Below, piece by piece: positions 45,615 through 54,458 of a DNA stretch of 64,000 bases (position 1 is the first letter of the stretch; every line of letters begins with the position of its first letter). The notes below the pieces were generated by a model that was not told the DNA's origin, did not search any database, and was given only the letters and a program-made list of their open reading frames with translations. Origin of the DNA: Candidatus Thorarchaeota archaeon (GTDB lineage Archaea > Asgardarchaeota > Thorarchaeia > Thorarchaeales > Thorarchaeaceae); contig SDNP01000011.1 in assembly GCA_004524445.1 (NCBI GenBank), positions 4,943 to 68,942 of the forward strand, written 5' to 3'. The position numbers and the translations under genes are program-made.

Positions 45615-46376
45615 CTACTCGTCATCTTCCCAGTCGAAATCATCCACATCGTCAAAGGCATGAGGCATCTTTTTCATGGTATGGCGTAATCCCTTCAGAC
45701 TCTTCAAGTGCTTCAGGTTGCTCATCGCAGATGCTACAGCTTGGGAGATTTGAGGACCAATATTCGCCAACCCAGGAATTCCTGAAATACCGCCTGGGCC
45801 CACTCTCAAGGTCCGTCTGCCCTTCCCGCCAATCTCAACCCCCGAATCAGTGACATGTACTAGCTTATCATCTGATAACACAGAAACTAGCTCATCTCTG
45901 ACAAACACCAACTTGTCAGTTTCCACAACCAGTATGATTTCTTTGTGCTGGTCGGATTTTCCTAGAAAGACCATTCCCCTTTTCAGAGAGATGTCAGATT
46001 TGCCGCCATTGATTGAGAAATGTATTCTTGATTTAGCGTGCTCTAAGAAGCCTTCAGCAGAATCGTGTCCAGCGATAGGAAAGTCGTTTTGTGATGCCTC
46101 CCTAGAGAGGTCTTGGAGACCACCGCTGCCTAGTAGAATTTGAATGCCTGAGAGGGTACCAGTGGTTGATTCGCCCATGGCACCATCTTCAGTTTCAATG
46201 ATTGCATCCACTGCGTAGCTGCTTGCTCCTCCAAACGCTATCCCAACTCTCTTGTCATCATCAAGAAGATAACACCAAAGAGAATTTTTCTCCAACAGTA
46301 CATAGGCCTTCTTATGGTCTAAGACGTTGTAATCCTGATTTGTAACGTATACTTTGCTGTCAGTTGTTAAGGTCAT
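45615..46376 (-). CDS. hypothetical 253-aa protein with an acidic C-terminal tail
   Basis: The start overlaps the stop of the upstream ArsR-like gene (TAATG). The protein ends in FDDVDDFDWEDDE. I did not recognise a family. Confidence 0.55.
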   Translation of the reverse strand: MTLTTDSKVYVTNQDYNVLDHKKAYVLLEKNSLWCYLLDDDKRVGIAFGGASSYAVDAIIETEDGAMGESTTGTLSGIQILLGSGGLQDLSREASQNDFPIAGHDSAEGFLEHAKSRIHFSINGGKSDISLKRGMVFLGKSDQHKEIILVVETDKLVFVRDELVSVLSDDKLVHVTDSGVEIGGKGRRTLRVGPGGISGIPGLANIGPQISQAVASAMSNLKHLKSLKGLRHTMKKMPHAFDDVDDFDWEDDE

Positions 46377-47182
46377 TAGAATTCCTCCTCGTCAGAAAAA
46401 TCAATTTCTACTTCGCCTTCACGAGTTTCAGAATTTTCTACAGACTCCTCATCATCCTCAGGCGGAGAGTCTTTGGCTTTTCCATTCTTATTCCGTTCTT
46501 GTTCCAAGCGACTCGTCAACCATTGAGCTAGGCGGTATGCCAGACGTCCCTCCACCGTCACGTAGTAGGTACCGCGGACTTCGCCCTTTATCACATATCC
46601 AGCATCCAAGAGCGGATTCAGGTGATGTGTCAGAGAGCTTCCTGTTTTACCGGTATAATTCTCCAACTCATTGAAGGTCTTGCTTCCATCTTTGAGAAAT
46701 TTCAGGATGTTCAGTCGCTCTTCACTACCTAGAGGACTGATCACCTCTGCAACCCTGTCGGGAGGAATGTTCTCAATATCCTTTCTCCTAGCGCTTCTGC
46801 CGCGCCTTCGCATGGATATTTGAGGAAACTTGAAACTGGCATCGATTCCCTCTATGCCCCGCATAGACGCTTCGATCTGCTCTCCAAGACCCTCCATCAT
46901 GTGCTCAAGGCTCTCGGTTAACCCCGAAAGATCAACATAAGGATTGGGAGGATGTGGAGGCCTTGGCGCTTTATGATGTCTTCTTGTCTTCGCTATTCGT
47001 TCACGCCGAGTCTTTTGGCTCCGCACTTCATCTATTTCTTCCTTCAAGGTCTCCTTGAGGCGTCTTACCTCTTCGAGCTCCTTCTTTATTTCGTCAACGC
47101 TTGAAGAAGTGGTATTCTCTTGTTGGGATTCAAAATCCTCCGAGCGTGAGCCATTTTCTTCATCATTATTCCGTCCAAACAT
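46376..47182 (-). CDS. ArsR-type winged-helix regulator with a long charged/coiled N-terminal extension and an acidic tail
   Basis: SEERLNILKFLKDGSKTFNELENYTGKTGSSLTHHLNPLLDAGYVIKGEVRGTYYVTVEG is present. Confidence 0.7.
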   Translation of the reverse strand: MFGRNNDEENGSRSEDFESQQENTTSSSVDEIKKELEEVRRLKETLKEEIDEVRSQKTRRERIAKTRRHHKAPRPPHPPNPYVDLSGLTESLEHMMEGLGEQIEASMRGIEGIDASFKFPQISMRRRGRSARRKDIENIPPDRVAEVISPLGSEERLNILKFLKDGSKTFNELENYTGKTGSSLTHHLNPLLDAGYVIKGEVRGTYYVTVEGRLAYRLAQWLTSRLEQERNKNGKAKDSPPEDDEESVENSETREGEVEIDFSDEEEF

Positions 47183-47207
47183 GTGTGTTCACTAACTGTA
47201 TTAATGT

Positions 47208-47226
47208 ACATTTACCATATAAATGT
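47208..47226. promoter_or_regulatory. 7-bp inverted repeat (acattta-ccata-taaatgt) in the divergent promoter region
   Basis: The repeat lies 26-44 nt upstream of the ArsR-like start at 47182 and overlaps a TATA-like ataaat. Confidence 0.3.
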
Positions 47227-47389
47227 ATCTTTTTACACCAAACTCCGGAACGCTTCGTGATGATTTAATGAAAGTACGGTTAGAAATAGAGAAACCTATG
47301 TTGTGTCCAGGTGTTTAATCTGCCGAAAATATTCTTAAAAGCAACTGAAAACACTGAAAGAGCCTCGAATTTTGAGGAGTGTGTAAACA

Positions 47390-47590
47390 CTGGCTAAAAA
47401 GAAAAAGAAAGTAGAATATCCAACCTTCATTGTGAAGAGTGCAATAAAGGAATTTGCAAAAATGAATGATATGATGGTGGGCTCTGACGCTTATGACGCC
47501 ATCAATGAGAGACTTGGGGAGATGCTCACAGAGGCAGCAAACCGAACAAAGGAGAACGGAAGAAAGACTCTCAAGGGCTACGACGTATAG
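47390..47590 (+). CDS. DUF1931-like histone-fold protein with a lysine-rich N-terminal tail (apparent CTG start; absent from the ORF track)
   Basis: Hand translation gives (L/M)AKKKKKVEYPTFIVKSAIKEFAKMNDMMVGSDAYDAINERLGEMLTEAANRTKENGRKTLKGYDV. GAGGAG (47374..47379) lies 10 nt before the CTG. The first canonical start in frame is GTG 47432, which has no SD motif. Confidence 0.55.
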   Translation: MAKKKKKVEYPTFIVKSAIKEFAKMNDMMVGSDAYDAINERLGEMLTEAANRTKENGRKTLKGYDV

Positions 47591-47671
47591 GCCTGCTAAG
47601 TACATACTGAATGGCAGCAGGGAAACTTGCTGCCGCCACTTTCTAATTCTGTTTAATTATCCCCTAGTGAC

Positions 47672-48595
47672 CTACGATTGTTCGATGCCTGCTTTTTTCA
47701 GAAGATAGTCAAATACGCTCTTCCATATCTTAGCATCATCGCGGGCCTTATTCTCGAAATTGTTGATATTAACGAACCTCTCTAGTGCTCTTTCCGCTTC
47801 TTCAGGAAACTCATCCTTACTAATCGACGAAAGGTAGTCCAATTCAACCAGCGCCTCTTGAATCTTCTTGGACACATGCCCCTCGATATCTAAGAGATCA
47901 CTTGGGTCTTCTCTACTCAGGAGCGTCATATCGTAGAGGTCAAAGATTCGCTCTAGCTCGCGAATGGGGTGCGGATGGTCGTCCACTCGAACATCAACAT
48001 ATCTATCATTGCCCCCTTCATAGCCTCCGGCCTCTCTAACCACCAAAATGGCAGCAGATTGTTTTCCCCTTCTATCACCGCCGGCAGCTTGCCCCGCTTT
48101 AAGAGCTGCGAAGAGTTTGTCAATGAGATCTCCAGACTTGCGCTCATACGCCTTGCTCATATCACCAACCACATCTCGGCCGGCGAGAATGTTTCCTTGG
48201 CAGCAGTATCCATCACCAATGATGTGTCCAGCCCATTCCATACATTCGGACCCTGTATGAACAGCAACGTTGCCTGATGTGTCAACAATTCCGACCTGTC
48301 TGTGTTCCGACCCTTGGTCTTGACCCAGCAACAGATTGAGGGTTTCTTGTGCAGACTTCCCTTCTGACAAATACTGCAACCCATCAGGACCATAAGCTGC
48401 ATTAGCCCATGCCTGAGTTGCAATGGCGCCGACATTGGCTTTTGCCCATGGTACTATTGCACCTACAGCAGGGAATTTGGACTGGACAATAATACCTAGG
48501 TCTCCATTGTCCGGGTCTCTTGCCACTAGAGAAAACGTAGACGGTCTTGCAGATGCATTATGGGGGATTCTTTTGTCCATCATCATAGTCTCCAA
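47672..48595 (-). CDS. DUF1028 (Ntn-hydrolase-like) protein with a C-terminal helical domain
   Basis: TFSLVARDPDNGDLGIIVQSKFPAVGAIVPWAKANVGAIATQAWAN is present. Confidence 0.85.
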   Translation of the reverse strand: METMMMDKRIPHNASARPSTFSLVARDPDNGDLGIIVQSKFPAVGAIVPWAKANVGAIATQAWANAAYGPDGLQYLSEGKSAQETLNLLLGQDQGSEHRQVGIVDTSGNVAVHTGSECMEWAGHIIGDGYCCQGNILAGRDVVGDMSKAYERKSGDLIDKLFAALKAGQAAGGDRRGKQSAAILVVREAGGYEGGNDRYVDVRVDDHPHPIRELERIFDLYDMTLLSREDPSDLLDIEGHVSKKIQEALVELDYLSSISKDEFPEEAERALERFVNINNFENKARDDAKIWKSVFDYLLKKAGIEQS

Positions 48596-48670
48596 ATCAC
48601 ACCAAGCATACTTGCATTAATCAACCTAAAGCTTGGAAATAAATGTGTGGTACAGATGATAAGCAGTTCA

Positions 48671-48964
48671 TCACTTCTTCTGCATATGTGAGGAAAAAGA
48701 CTCGTCTTTGCCGTGACGAGTAAAGATCCTATCCGAGGGAATTGCTTTTCCAGGACCGAATGCGTACTTGGCGGGTTCGTATTCGCAATCAAGAAGTGAC
48801 GCCTTCCACATGTCGCGCCTTGCATTAGTTCTGAAAATACGTTGACGTTCTAATTGTTTTACTTCGATATACGTGCCATATGCAATTACGGCTAAGACAA
48901 TGACTACAATGCCACCCAGCAAGTACGATATCAACATAGCAATTAACAATAGTTTATTATGCAT
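48671..48964 (-). CDS. membrane-anchored small protein, hypothetical
   Basis: MHNKLLLIAMLISYLLGGIVVIVLAVIAY is followed by a soluble tail of about 65 aa. Confidence 0.35.
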   Translation of the reverse strand: MHNKLLLIAMLISYLLGGIVVIVLAVIAYGTYIEVKQLERQRIFRTNARRDMWKASLLDCEYEPAKYAFGPGKAIPSDRIFTRHGKDESFSSHMQKK

Positions 48965-49089
48965 ATAATTCTTGCGGGATTGGCGCAAATGCAATCCCAA
49001 TGAGGGCTTGAATGAGGGAAGTGAAGTAAATACCCCCAAGGGATAGACAGCAAAAAGATAATTATCATGAGAAGTGAATCATTTCCATC

Positions 49090-50061
49090 ATGAGGGTATT
49101 AGTAACTGGGGCCTTCGGTAATGTCGGTGAGAGTGCGTTACTAGAGTTATTGCCCCGAGGAATGGATGTAATTGCATTTGATTTGCCGACCAAACAGAAC
49201 AAAGAGGTCTATGAAGGCATGGAACACAAGTCGAATCTCGACGTCGTTTGGGGAGACATAAGAGACCGGGAATTGGTTTCACGGACTATATCGAATGGTT
49301 TGGATTGCATAATTCATCTCGCGGCGATAATACCTCCGCAAAGTGAAGCCAATCCCGAACTTGCCTATGAGGTGAATATTGGTGGTACTCGAAACCTGTT
49401 AGATGGGGTTGCATTCAGCACCTCGAAACCAAAATTCGTCTATGCTAGTTCAATTGCCACCTATGGCCATTGTGACGGAACTGGCCCTCCTCGGTCAGCT
49501 TCGGACCCGCAGATTGCTACAGACAATTATACGTCTCATAAGATTGAGAGCGAGCGCCTAGTGAAAGAGAGTGGTTTGCCTTGGACCATTCTTCGGTTTG
49601 GGGTTGTGACACCTCTGACACTAGATAGCGATGTCGGCCCCATCATGTTTGACATCCCACTTGAGCAACGTATTGAATTCGTCCATACTAGGGATATCGG
49701 CCTTGCTGTAGCAAATGCAGTTACTGCAGCATCAGAGGGGAAAATATTGCTCCTTGGAGGCGGGGAGGACTGCAGAATGCATTACCGTGATTTTGTGGAG
49801 GCGCTCTTAGAAGCTATGGGCGTTGGAATGCTACCCGAGTCCGCCTTCAAGCAACCAACTTGCCAAGAGGATTATTTCCATACAGATTGGATGGATAGTC
49901 GAGAAGCGCAAGAGATTCTACAATACCAGACCAGAAGCTTTGAACAATTTTTGGAGGACTATCGAAGATTGCTTGGACACGGCAGGTATCTAGTAAGACT
50001 GCTGCGGCCACTGATAAGATGGCGGTTGCTATCACAATCTCCATACCATAAGAAGGATTGA
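49090..50061 (+). CDS. NAD(P)-dependent epimerase/dehydratase (extended SDR) family protein
   Basis: MRVLVTGAFGNVG is present, along with the Y-x-x-x-K context YTSHK. Confidence 0.85.
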   Translation: MRVLVTGAFGNVGESALLELLPRGMDVIAFDLPTKQNKEVYEGMEHKSNLDVVWGDIRDRELVSRTISNGLDCIIHLAAIIPPQSEANPELAYEVNIGGTRNLLDGVAFSTSKPKFVYASSIATYGHCDGTGPPRSASDPQIATDNYTSHKIESERLVKESGLPWTILRFGVVTPLTLDSDVGPIMFDIPLEQRIEFVHTRDIGLAVANAVTAASEGKILLLGGGEDCRMHYRDFVEALLEAMGVGMLPESAFKQPTCQEDYFHTDWMDSREAQEILQYQTRSFEQFLEDYRRLLGHGRYLVRLLRPLIRWRLLSQSPYHKKD

Positions 50062-50072
50062 ATTTGGACCTT

Positions 50073-50192
50073 TCACTCTGATGTGAATTCCTGTGCACAA
50101 TTCTGGCAGATCAGTGTTGGCGCCCCATTCTCTGTGATGTCGTAATGATATCCCGTACCACCATGCATGCATGCGATTTGATGATTATTCAT
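50073..50192 (-). CDS. 39-aa Cys/His-rich small protein (MNNHQIACMHGGTGYHYDITENGAPTLICQNCAQEFTSE)
   Basis: The ATG overlaps the upstream stop (ATGA at 50189..50192). C-x-H...C-x-x-C is present. Confidence 0.3.
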   Translation of the reverse strand: MNNHQIACMHGGTGYHYDITENGAPTLICQNCAQEFTSE

Positions 50193-50473
50193 CCTAGTTT
50201 GAGATACTTCCCATCCATGACACGGGCAACATATTTGCGTCCCTTCAGTACCCACATGATCTCATGCCCCTCTCGCGCCTTCTCTGCCCAGTGGGAGTCC
50301 TTCTCGGGATTTTGCTCAAGAAACGTATAGCCATCGATAGAGAATTTTCGTAGGTTGCTTCGTGATGTCCGCTTCATCTCATACACGTCTCCATCTATCT
50401 CGACCGATTCGTTATCCTTGAAGATTGCATCGAAAACTACGGGGGCAACTCTCTCAAGGTCCTCTTTATTCAA
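50189..50473 (-). CDS. hypothetical 94-aa protein
   Basis: This is a clean ORF. I did not recognise a family with confidence. Confidence 0.5.
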   Translation of the reverse strand: MNKEDLERVAPVVFDAIFKDNESVEIDGDVYEMKRTSRSNLRKFSIDGYTFLEQNPEKDSHWAEKAREGHEIMWVLKGRKYVARVMDGKYLKLG

Positions 50474-50630
50474 GATTAGTCACCGGATATGCAGGGGTTT
50501 TCTAAGACATAGGTCTTTTGCAAAATGGATGAACAAAACTGGTCCAGCTCGGGCGACCCATTTGGGCACTGGATTGGAGTCAGCTATACTGGATGATTCC
50601 TCCATTTGACTGATATACTGATAGACCAAA

Positions 50631-51920
50631 ATGAACCACAAGATGAATGAAGCTAGTGCCCCAGAGAATCTTGAACGCCTAGGCTTGATTCTCGCATTCA
50701 TAGCTGGGTTCCTTCTGTTTATTAACGGACTCAGATTTGCAGTCTTTGGCGCTATGCTAGCAACTATTATGCCCGTTTCAGGAGCTATTCTAATTATTGC
50801 AGGACTCTTTCTTGGGTCAGCGGTTCTGTTGAGTCTCTTCATTTATTGGAAAGTGGGCATGCTAGGCGCCGTAGCAATGTTGCTCTCGTCAGCATGGGGA
50901 ACATTGGTTGTGGATTATCCATATCTTGCCCCCGTGATGGGAGTTGTCGCAGCACTTATCCTTCTGTATAATTGTGGCCCCGCCATTAGCAAGAAACAAG
51001 GCATAACTATTGTCATCACAGTCGTTCTTGTTTTGGTGCCCTTATTTGGAGTACTGGCATCTCGCTCAGAAGGGTATCGTTACTTGACAGTTGATGGCAT
51101 GCAGCGGCAGTATCTGCTTCATATCCCTGATAGCTATGATGGATCCGAGCCAGTACCTCTCTTGGTAGCTCTCCACGGAGGAGGAGGGGATGCAAGAAAC
51201 ATGAAACGCTCTTATGGATTGGATACGGTTGCGGAGCGATACGGGTTCATCATAGCATATCCAGATGGCACGGGAGACCTGCAATACTCACTGCATACCT
51301 GGAACTCAGGGTATGCGGATGTCTATGCTTTCAGAAACAACGTGAGTGATGTCGAGTTTCTATATGATCTGATTGAGCAACTTATAGATGCATACAATGT
51401 TAATTCATCGGCAGTCTATATGACCGGACATTCCAATGGAGCGATGATGACATACAGGTTTGCTGCTGAACACGCAGAGATGGTGAGCGGTATAGCTCCA
51501 GTCTCAGGCAGCGTTGGAGGCAAAATGACTGAGGATAGCGAGTTGTATGTAATACCGGACCCAGAGCATCCTCTATCCGTAGTGCATGTTCATGGAAAAC
51601 AAGACAAGCAGGTTCTCTATGAGGGTGGCAAGGGGGAGAAGGGGTTCCTCGTGGATCGGGTGGATTTATCCGCTAATGACTCGGTTGAGTTCTGGGTGGA
51701 AAACAACAACTGCTCTTCAAATCCAATTATCGAGATGTCGCCTAATGGGAGAATTGAGATTTGGAGATACGCAGATGGGATTGATGACACGCAAGTTCTC
51801 TTAGTGACTCTCAATGAGGGCAGCCATGCTTGGGCGAATATGAGTTCAGAGGTTTCAAATGAGGAATTCTATGGCTCAAGCCTAGCGGAGATGATATGGC
51901 TTCTCCTCGAGAGAATCTGA
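50631..51920 (+). CDS. PHB-depolymerase-family (LpqC-type) esterase fused to an N-terminal polytopic membrane region
   Basis: YLLHIPDSYDGSEPVPLLVALHGGGGDARNM and GFIIAYPDG are present, with the nucleophile elbow GHSNGAMM. The first 150 aa or so contain about 5 hydrophobic helices. Confidence 0.8.
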   Translation: MNHKMNEASAPENLERLGLILAFIAGFLLFINGLRFAVFGAMLATIMPVSGAILIIAGLFLGSAVLLSLFIYWKVGMLGAVAMLLSSAWGTLVVDYPYLAPVMGVVAALILLYNCGPAISKKQGITIVITVVLVLVPLFGVLASRSEGYRYLTVDGMQRQYLLHIPDSYDGSEPVPLLVALHGGGGDARNMKRSYGLDTVAERYGFIIAYPDGTGDLQYSLHTWNSGYADVYAFRNNVSDVEFLYDLIEQLIDAYNVNSSAVYMTGHSNGAMMTYRFAAEHAEMVSGIAPVSGSVGGKMTEDSELYVIPDPEHPLSVVHVHGKQDKQVLYEGGKGEKGFLVDRVDLSANDSVEFWVENNNCSSNPIIEMSPNGRIEIWRYADGIDDTQVLLVTLNEGSHAWANMSSEVSNEEFYGSSLAEMIWLLLERI

Positions 51921-52045
51921 TGTAGAGATTGATTACTTCTTGAAACAGCAACAGAAAGACATTCTGAAACATAGGAGTTTCTCCACACAAAAAGAATTCA
52001 CTTGGTGAATCTCCAAAGCCACAGAAATCAATATGAGAAATCAAA

Positions 52046-52624
52046 TCATATCTCGTATTTGCCGAAGAAGAAATTCTCCTCAGGATTCTTTCTCGTTCTG
52101 GCCCGTGTGATTTTTTCTTTTATCTTGTCCATGAGTTTATCCTGGACTCTTTCAACATCACCCTCGTATCCGACGGCGAATAGCACAACTACTCTGAAGT
52201 CCTCGGGGAAGTATAGGGCCTTCTTGACCTTGGATTCATTATATCCTGCCATCTGATGAACACGTAACCCTTGATGTTCCGCTTCGATAACCAGATTCAT
52301 CACACTGAGTCCAAGATCGTAAGCATAGTATGGAATACCATTCGTATTGCATCCCTTTTCTGGGTCGGCAGCAACAGCAACAAGATACGGAGCTGACTTC
52401 GCCCATCCGTTTCCAATATTCAGAGCGCCGTCCAGCTCGCGTCTAGTCGCATCAGATTTGCCCACAAAGACGTAGTTCCATTCTTGATTGTTGAAGCAGG
52501 AGGGGGCCCACCTTGCAGCCTCTATCAGAAGGTCGATTTTTTCTTTCTCAACCTCTCTGTCTTCAAATACAATGACACTCTTCCTGTTTTGTATCTCTGG
52601 CAGAATCTCCATGGGGTAGTGCAT
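52046..52624 (-). CDS. nitroreductase family protein
   Basis: RKSVIVFEDREVEKEKIDLLIEAARWAPSCFNNQEW is present. Confidence 0.85.
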   Translation of the reverse strand: MHYPMEILPEIQNRKSVIVFEDREVEKEKIDLLIEAARWAPSCFNNQEWNYVFVGKSDATRRELDGALNIGNGWAKSAPYLVAVAADPEKGCNTNGIPYYAYDLGLSVMNLVIEAEHQGLRVHQMAGYNESKVKKALYFPEDFRVVVLFAVGYEGDVERVQDKLMDKIKEKITRARTRKNPEENFFFGKYEI

Positions 52625-52780
52625 TCAATGGACAGTAATAATCCTGTTGACCCACCATGACGGTGTTGTTTAGGAACAGAAATGAACTACATCCATTGCG
52701 TTAATCTGAGAGGTATTAATGGCAGAGTCCTCATTACTTGCACCAGTCTATAGGAAGAAAGGACCTTGAATAAACAAACA

Positions 52781-54454
52781 ATGGAGCGAAGCCTATTTCT
52801 ATTCCTGCTGATTTCATCCATGGTTTTTCCACTTTTTCTTTTGCCAATCGAAACTAAGGCACTCACACCGGTATTTTCTGCAATTGAAACACCTTCAATT
52901 GAGCGTACATGGGATGATGTTTCTCTTCTCTATCCCGACCAATATCTGAACAACACAATGGTAATAGAAGAAGTGGACAACATCCATACGGCCGCCCCTG
53001 ACTTGATTGATGTTGACATAATTGGACAGAGCTATGAGGGTCGAGATATCCTTAGCATTAGAATCACCAATGAGGATGCGGCAAGGCAGAAGGCAAAGAC
53101 CTTGCTCGTCGCACACCATCACGGTCGAGAGATGGTTACCGTGAACCATGCCATCTTCTTCATTCAGTGGTTGGTAAACAGCTACGGCGAGGACACTCAG
53201 CTAACGGAATATGTCGATACACAAGAGATCTATGTCATCCCAACCATGAACCCGGATGCCCTTGATTACATATTCAACAATAGCGATTATTGGCTAAGGA
53301 AGAATCTCAGGCCCTATGATGATGATGGGGATGGATTGTTCGACGAGGATACGTATGACGATGAAAATGGTGATGGGCACATAACTCAGTATGAGGTCTG
53401 GGAGAAGGGATCCGGTGGCCGCAATACCTATCTCTACGCATACTATGAGGGCATCGATGATGACGGAGATGGTCAGGTCAACGAGGATTGGGTTGGACAC
53501 ACCGACCTAAATCGAAACTATGATGCCAACTGGGGAATTGAACCAAGTGCCTCGCTGGATTCAATGAGCCAGGCATTTGCAGGCACTGCGCCATTTTCAG
53601 AACCCGAAACACGAGCTTTCAGGGATTTTGCCCAAGACCATAGATTCGGAATGGCATACTCTTTACATACAGGAACTAACGCTACATTCTTCGTCACTGG
53701 ATTTAGTGGAAACTGGATTGAAGGGCAGCTCTATTCGCAGATGTGGAATGACTACGAAGAGTTTCTCCCTGAAGGCTTCAACTACTATCTTGACTATTCT
53801 GCAAAGGAAAATGCTGAAGCTAGACCAGCCATACTCTCTGGCGGGTGGGACGAATACATGTACCATGAACTTGATTGTCTTGCACCCATCACGTTTGAGA
53901 TATATCACAATGCATCAGCAGAGTCCGAAGAACTCTATTATCTTCACGAGGAAAATTCGACTCATTATATTATGGCGTTCAATGGCATTTACGAGTACTT
54001 CAGTCCAGATACAGACTACATTGAGGACCTTTGGCTGGAACTCATTCCTGCATACGAGTATCTCCTTGAACAAACGCCCCGCATAAGCCTATCTTTCTCT
54101 GGTGGGTCTGTAAGTGGAACAAGTGTTTCGGCCACCATGATGACAACGTGCCTGAGTCCAAGAATAGAAACAGTTGAAGCGATTAAGATACAATTGGATG
54201 ATGGAACTCTCCTCGACTCAACCGAGCCTGTCGATGCAGATACAACATACAACGCACCAATAACTCTTCAATTCACTTCTCTAGATGTGAATGCGAGCAT
54301 TCGAATAAGAGTAGGGAATGAGTTCTCTGGATATGCCCAATTCGAGATCTCGTTCCGTGAAACCACTTTCATTGAACCTGTCCTTGTTGGTGTTGTTACT
54401 ATAGCAATTATTGCAGTTGTGATTGTCTTAGTCTTTGTGTTGAAGAAAAGGTAG
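52781..54454 (+). CDS. M14 zinc carboxypeptidase with Asp-rich inserts and a C-terminal TM anchor
   Basis: IIGQSYEGRDILSIRI and the zinc ligand context HHHGRE are present, with DLNRNY. DDDGDG-type inserts occur, and the C-terminus is VLVGVVTIAIIAVVIVLVFVLKKR. Confidence 0.85.
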   Translation: MERSLFLFLLISSMVFPLFLLPIETKALTPVFSAIETPSIERTWDDVSLLYPDQYLNNTMVIEEVDNIHTAAPDLIDVDIIGQSYEGRDILSIRITNEDAARQKAKTLLVAHHHGREMVTVNHAIFFIQWLVNSYGEDTQLTEYVDTQEIYVIPTMNPDALDYIFNNSDYWLRKNLRPYDDDGDGLFDEDTYDDENGDGHITQYEVWEKGSGGRNTYLYAYYEGIDDDGDGQVNEDWVGHTDLNRNYDANWGIEPSASLDSMSQAFAGTAPFSEPETRAFRDFAQDHRFGMAYSLHTGTNATFFVTGFSGNWIEGQLYSQMWNDYEEFLPEGFNYYLDYSAKENAEARPAILSGGWDEYMYHELDCLAPITFEIYHNASAESEELYYLHEENSTHYIMAFNGIYEYFSPDTDYIEDLWLELIPAYEYLLEQTPRISLSFSGGSVSGTSVSATMMTTCLSPRIETVEAIKIQLDDGTLLDSTEPVDADTTYNAPITLQFTSLDVNASIRIRVGNEFSGYAQFEISFRETTFIEPVLVGVVTIAIIAVVIVLVFVLKKR

Positions 54455-54458
54455 ACCC

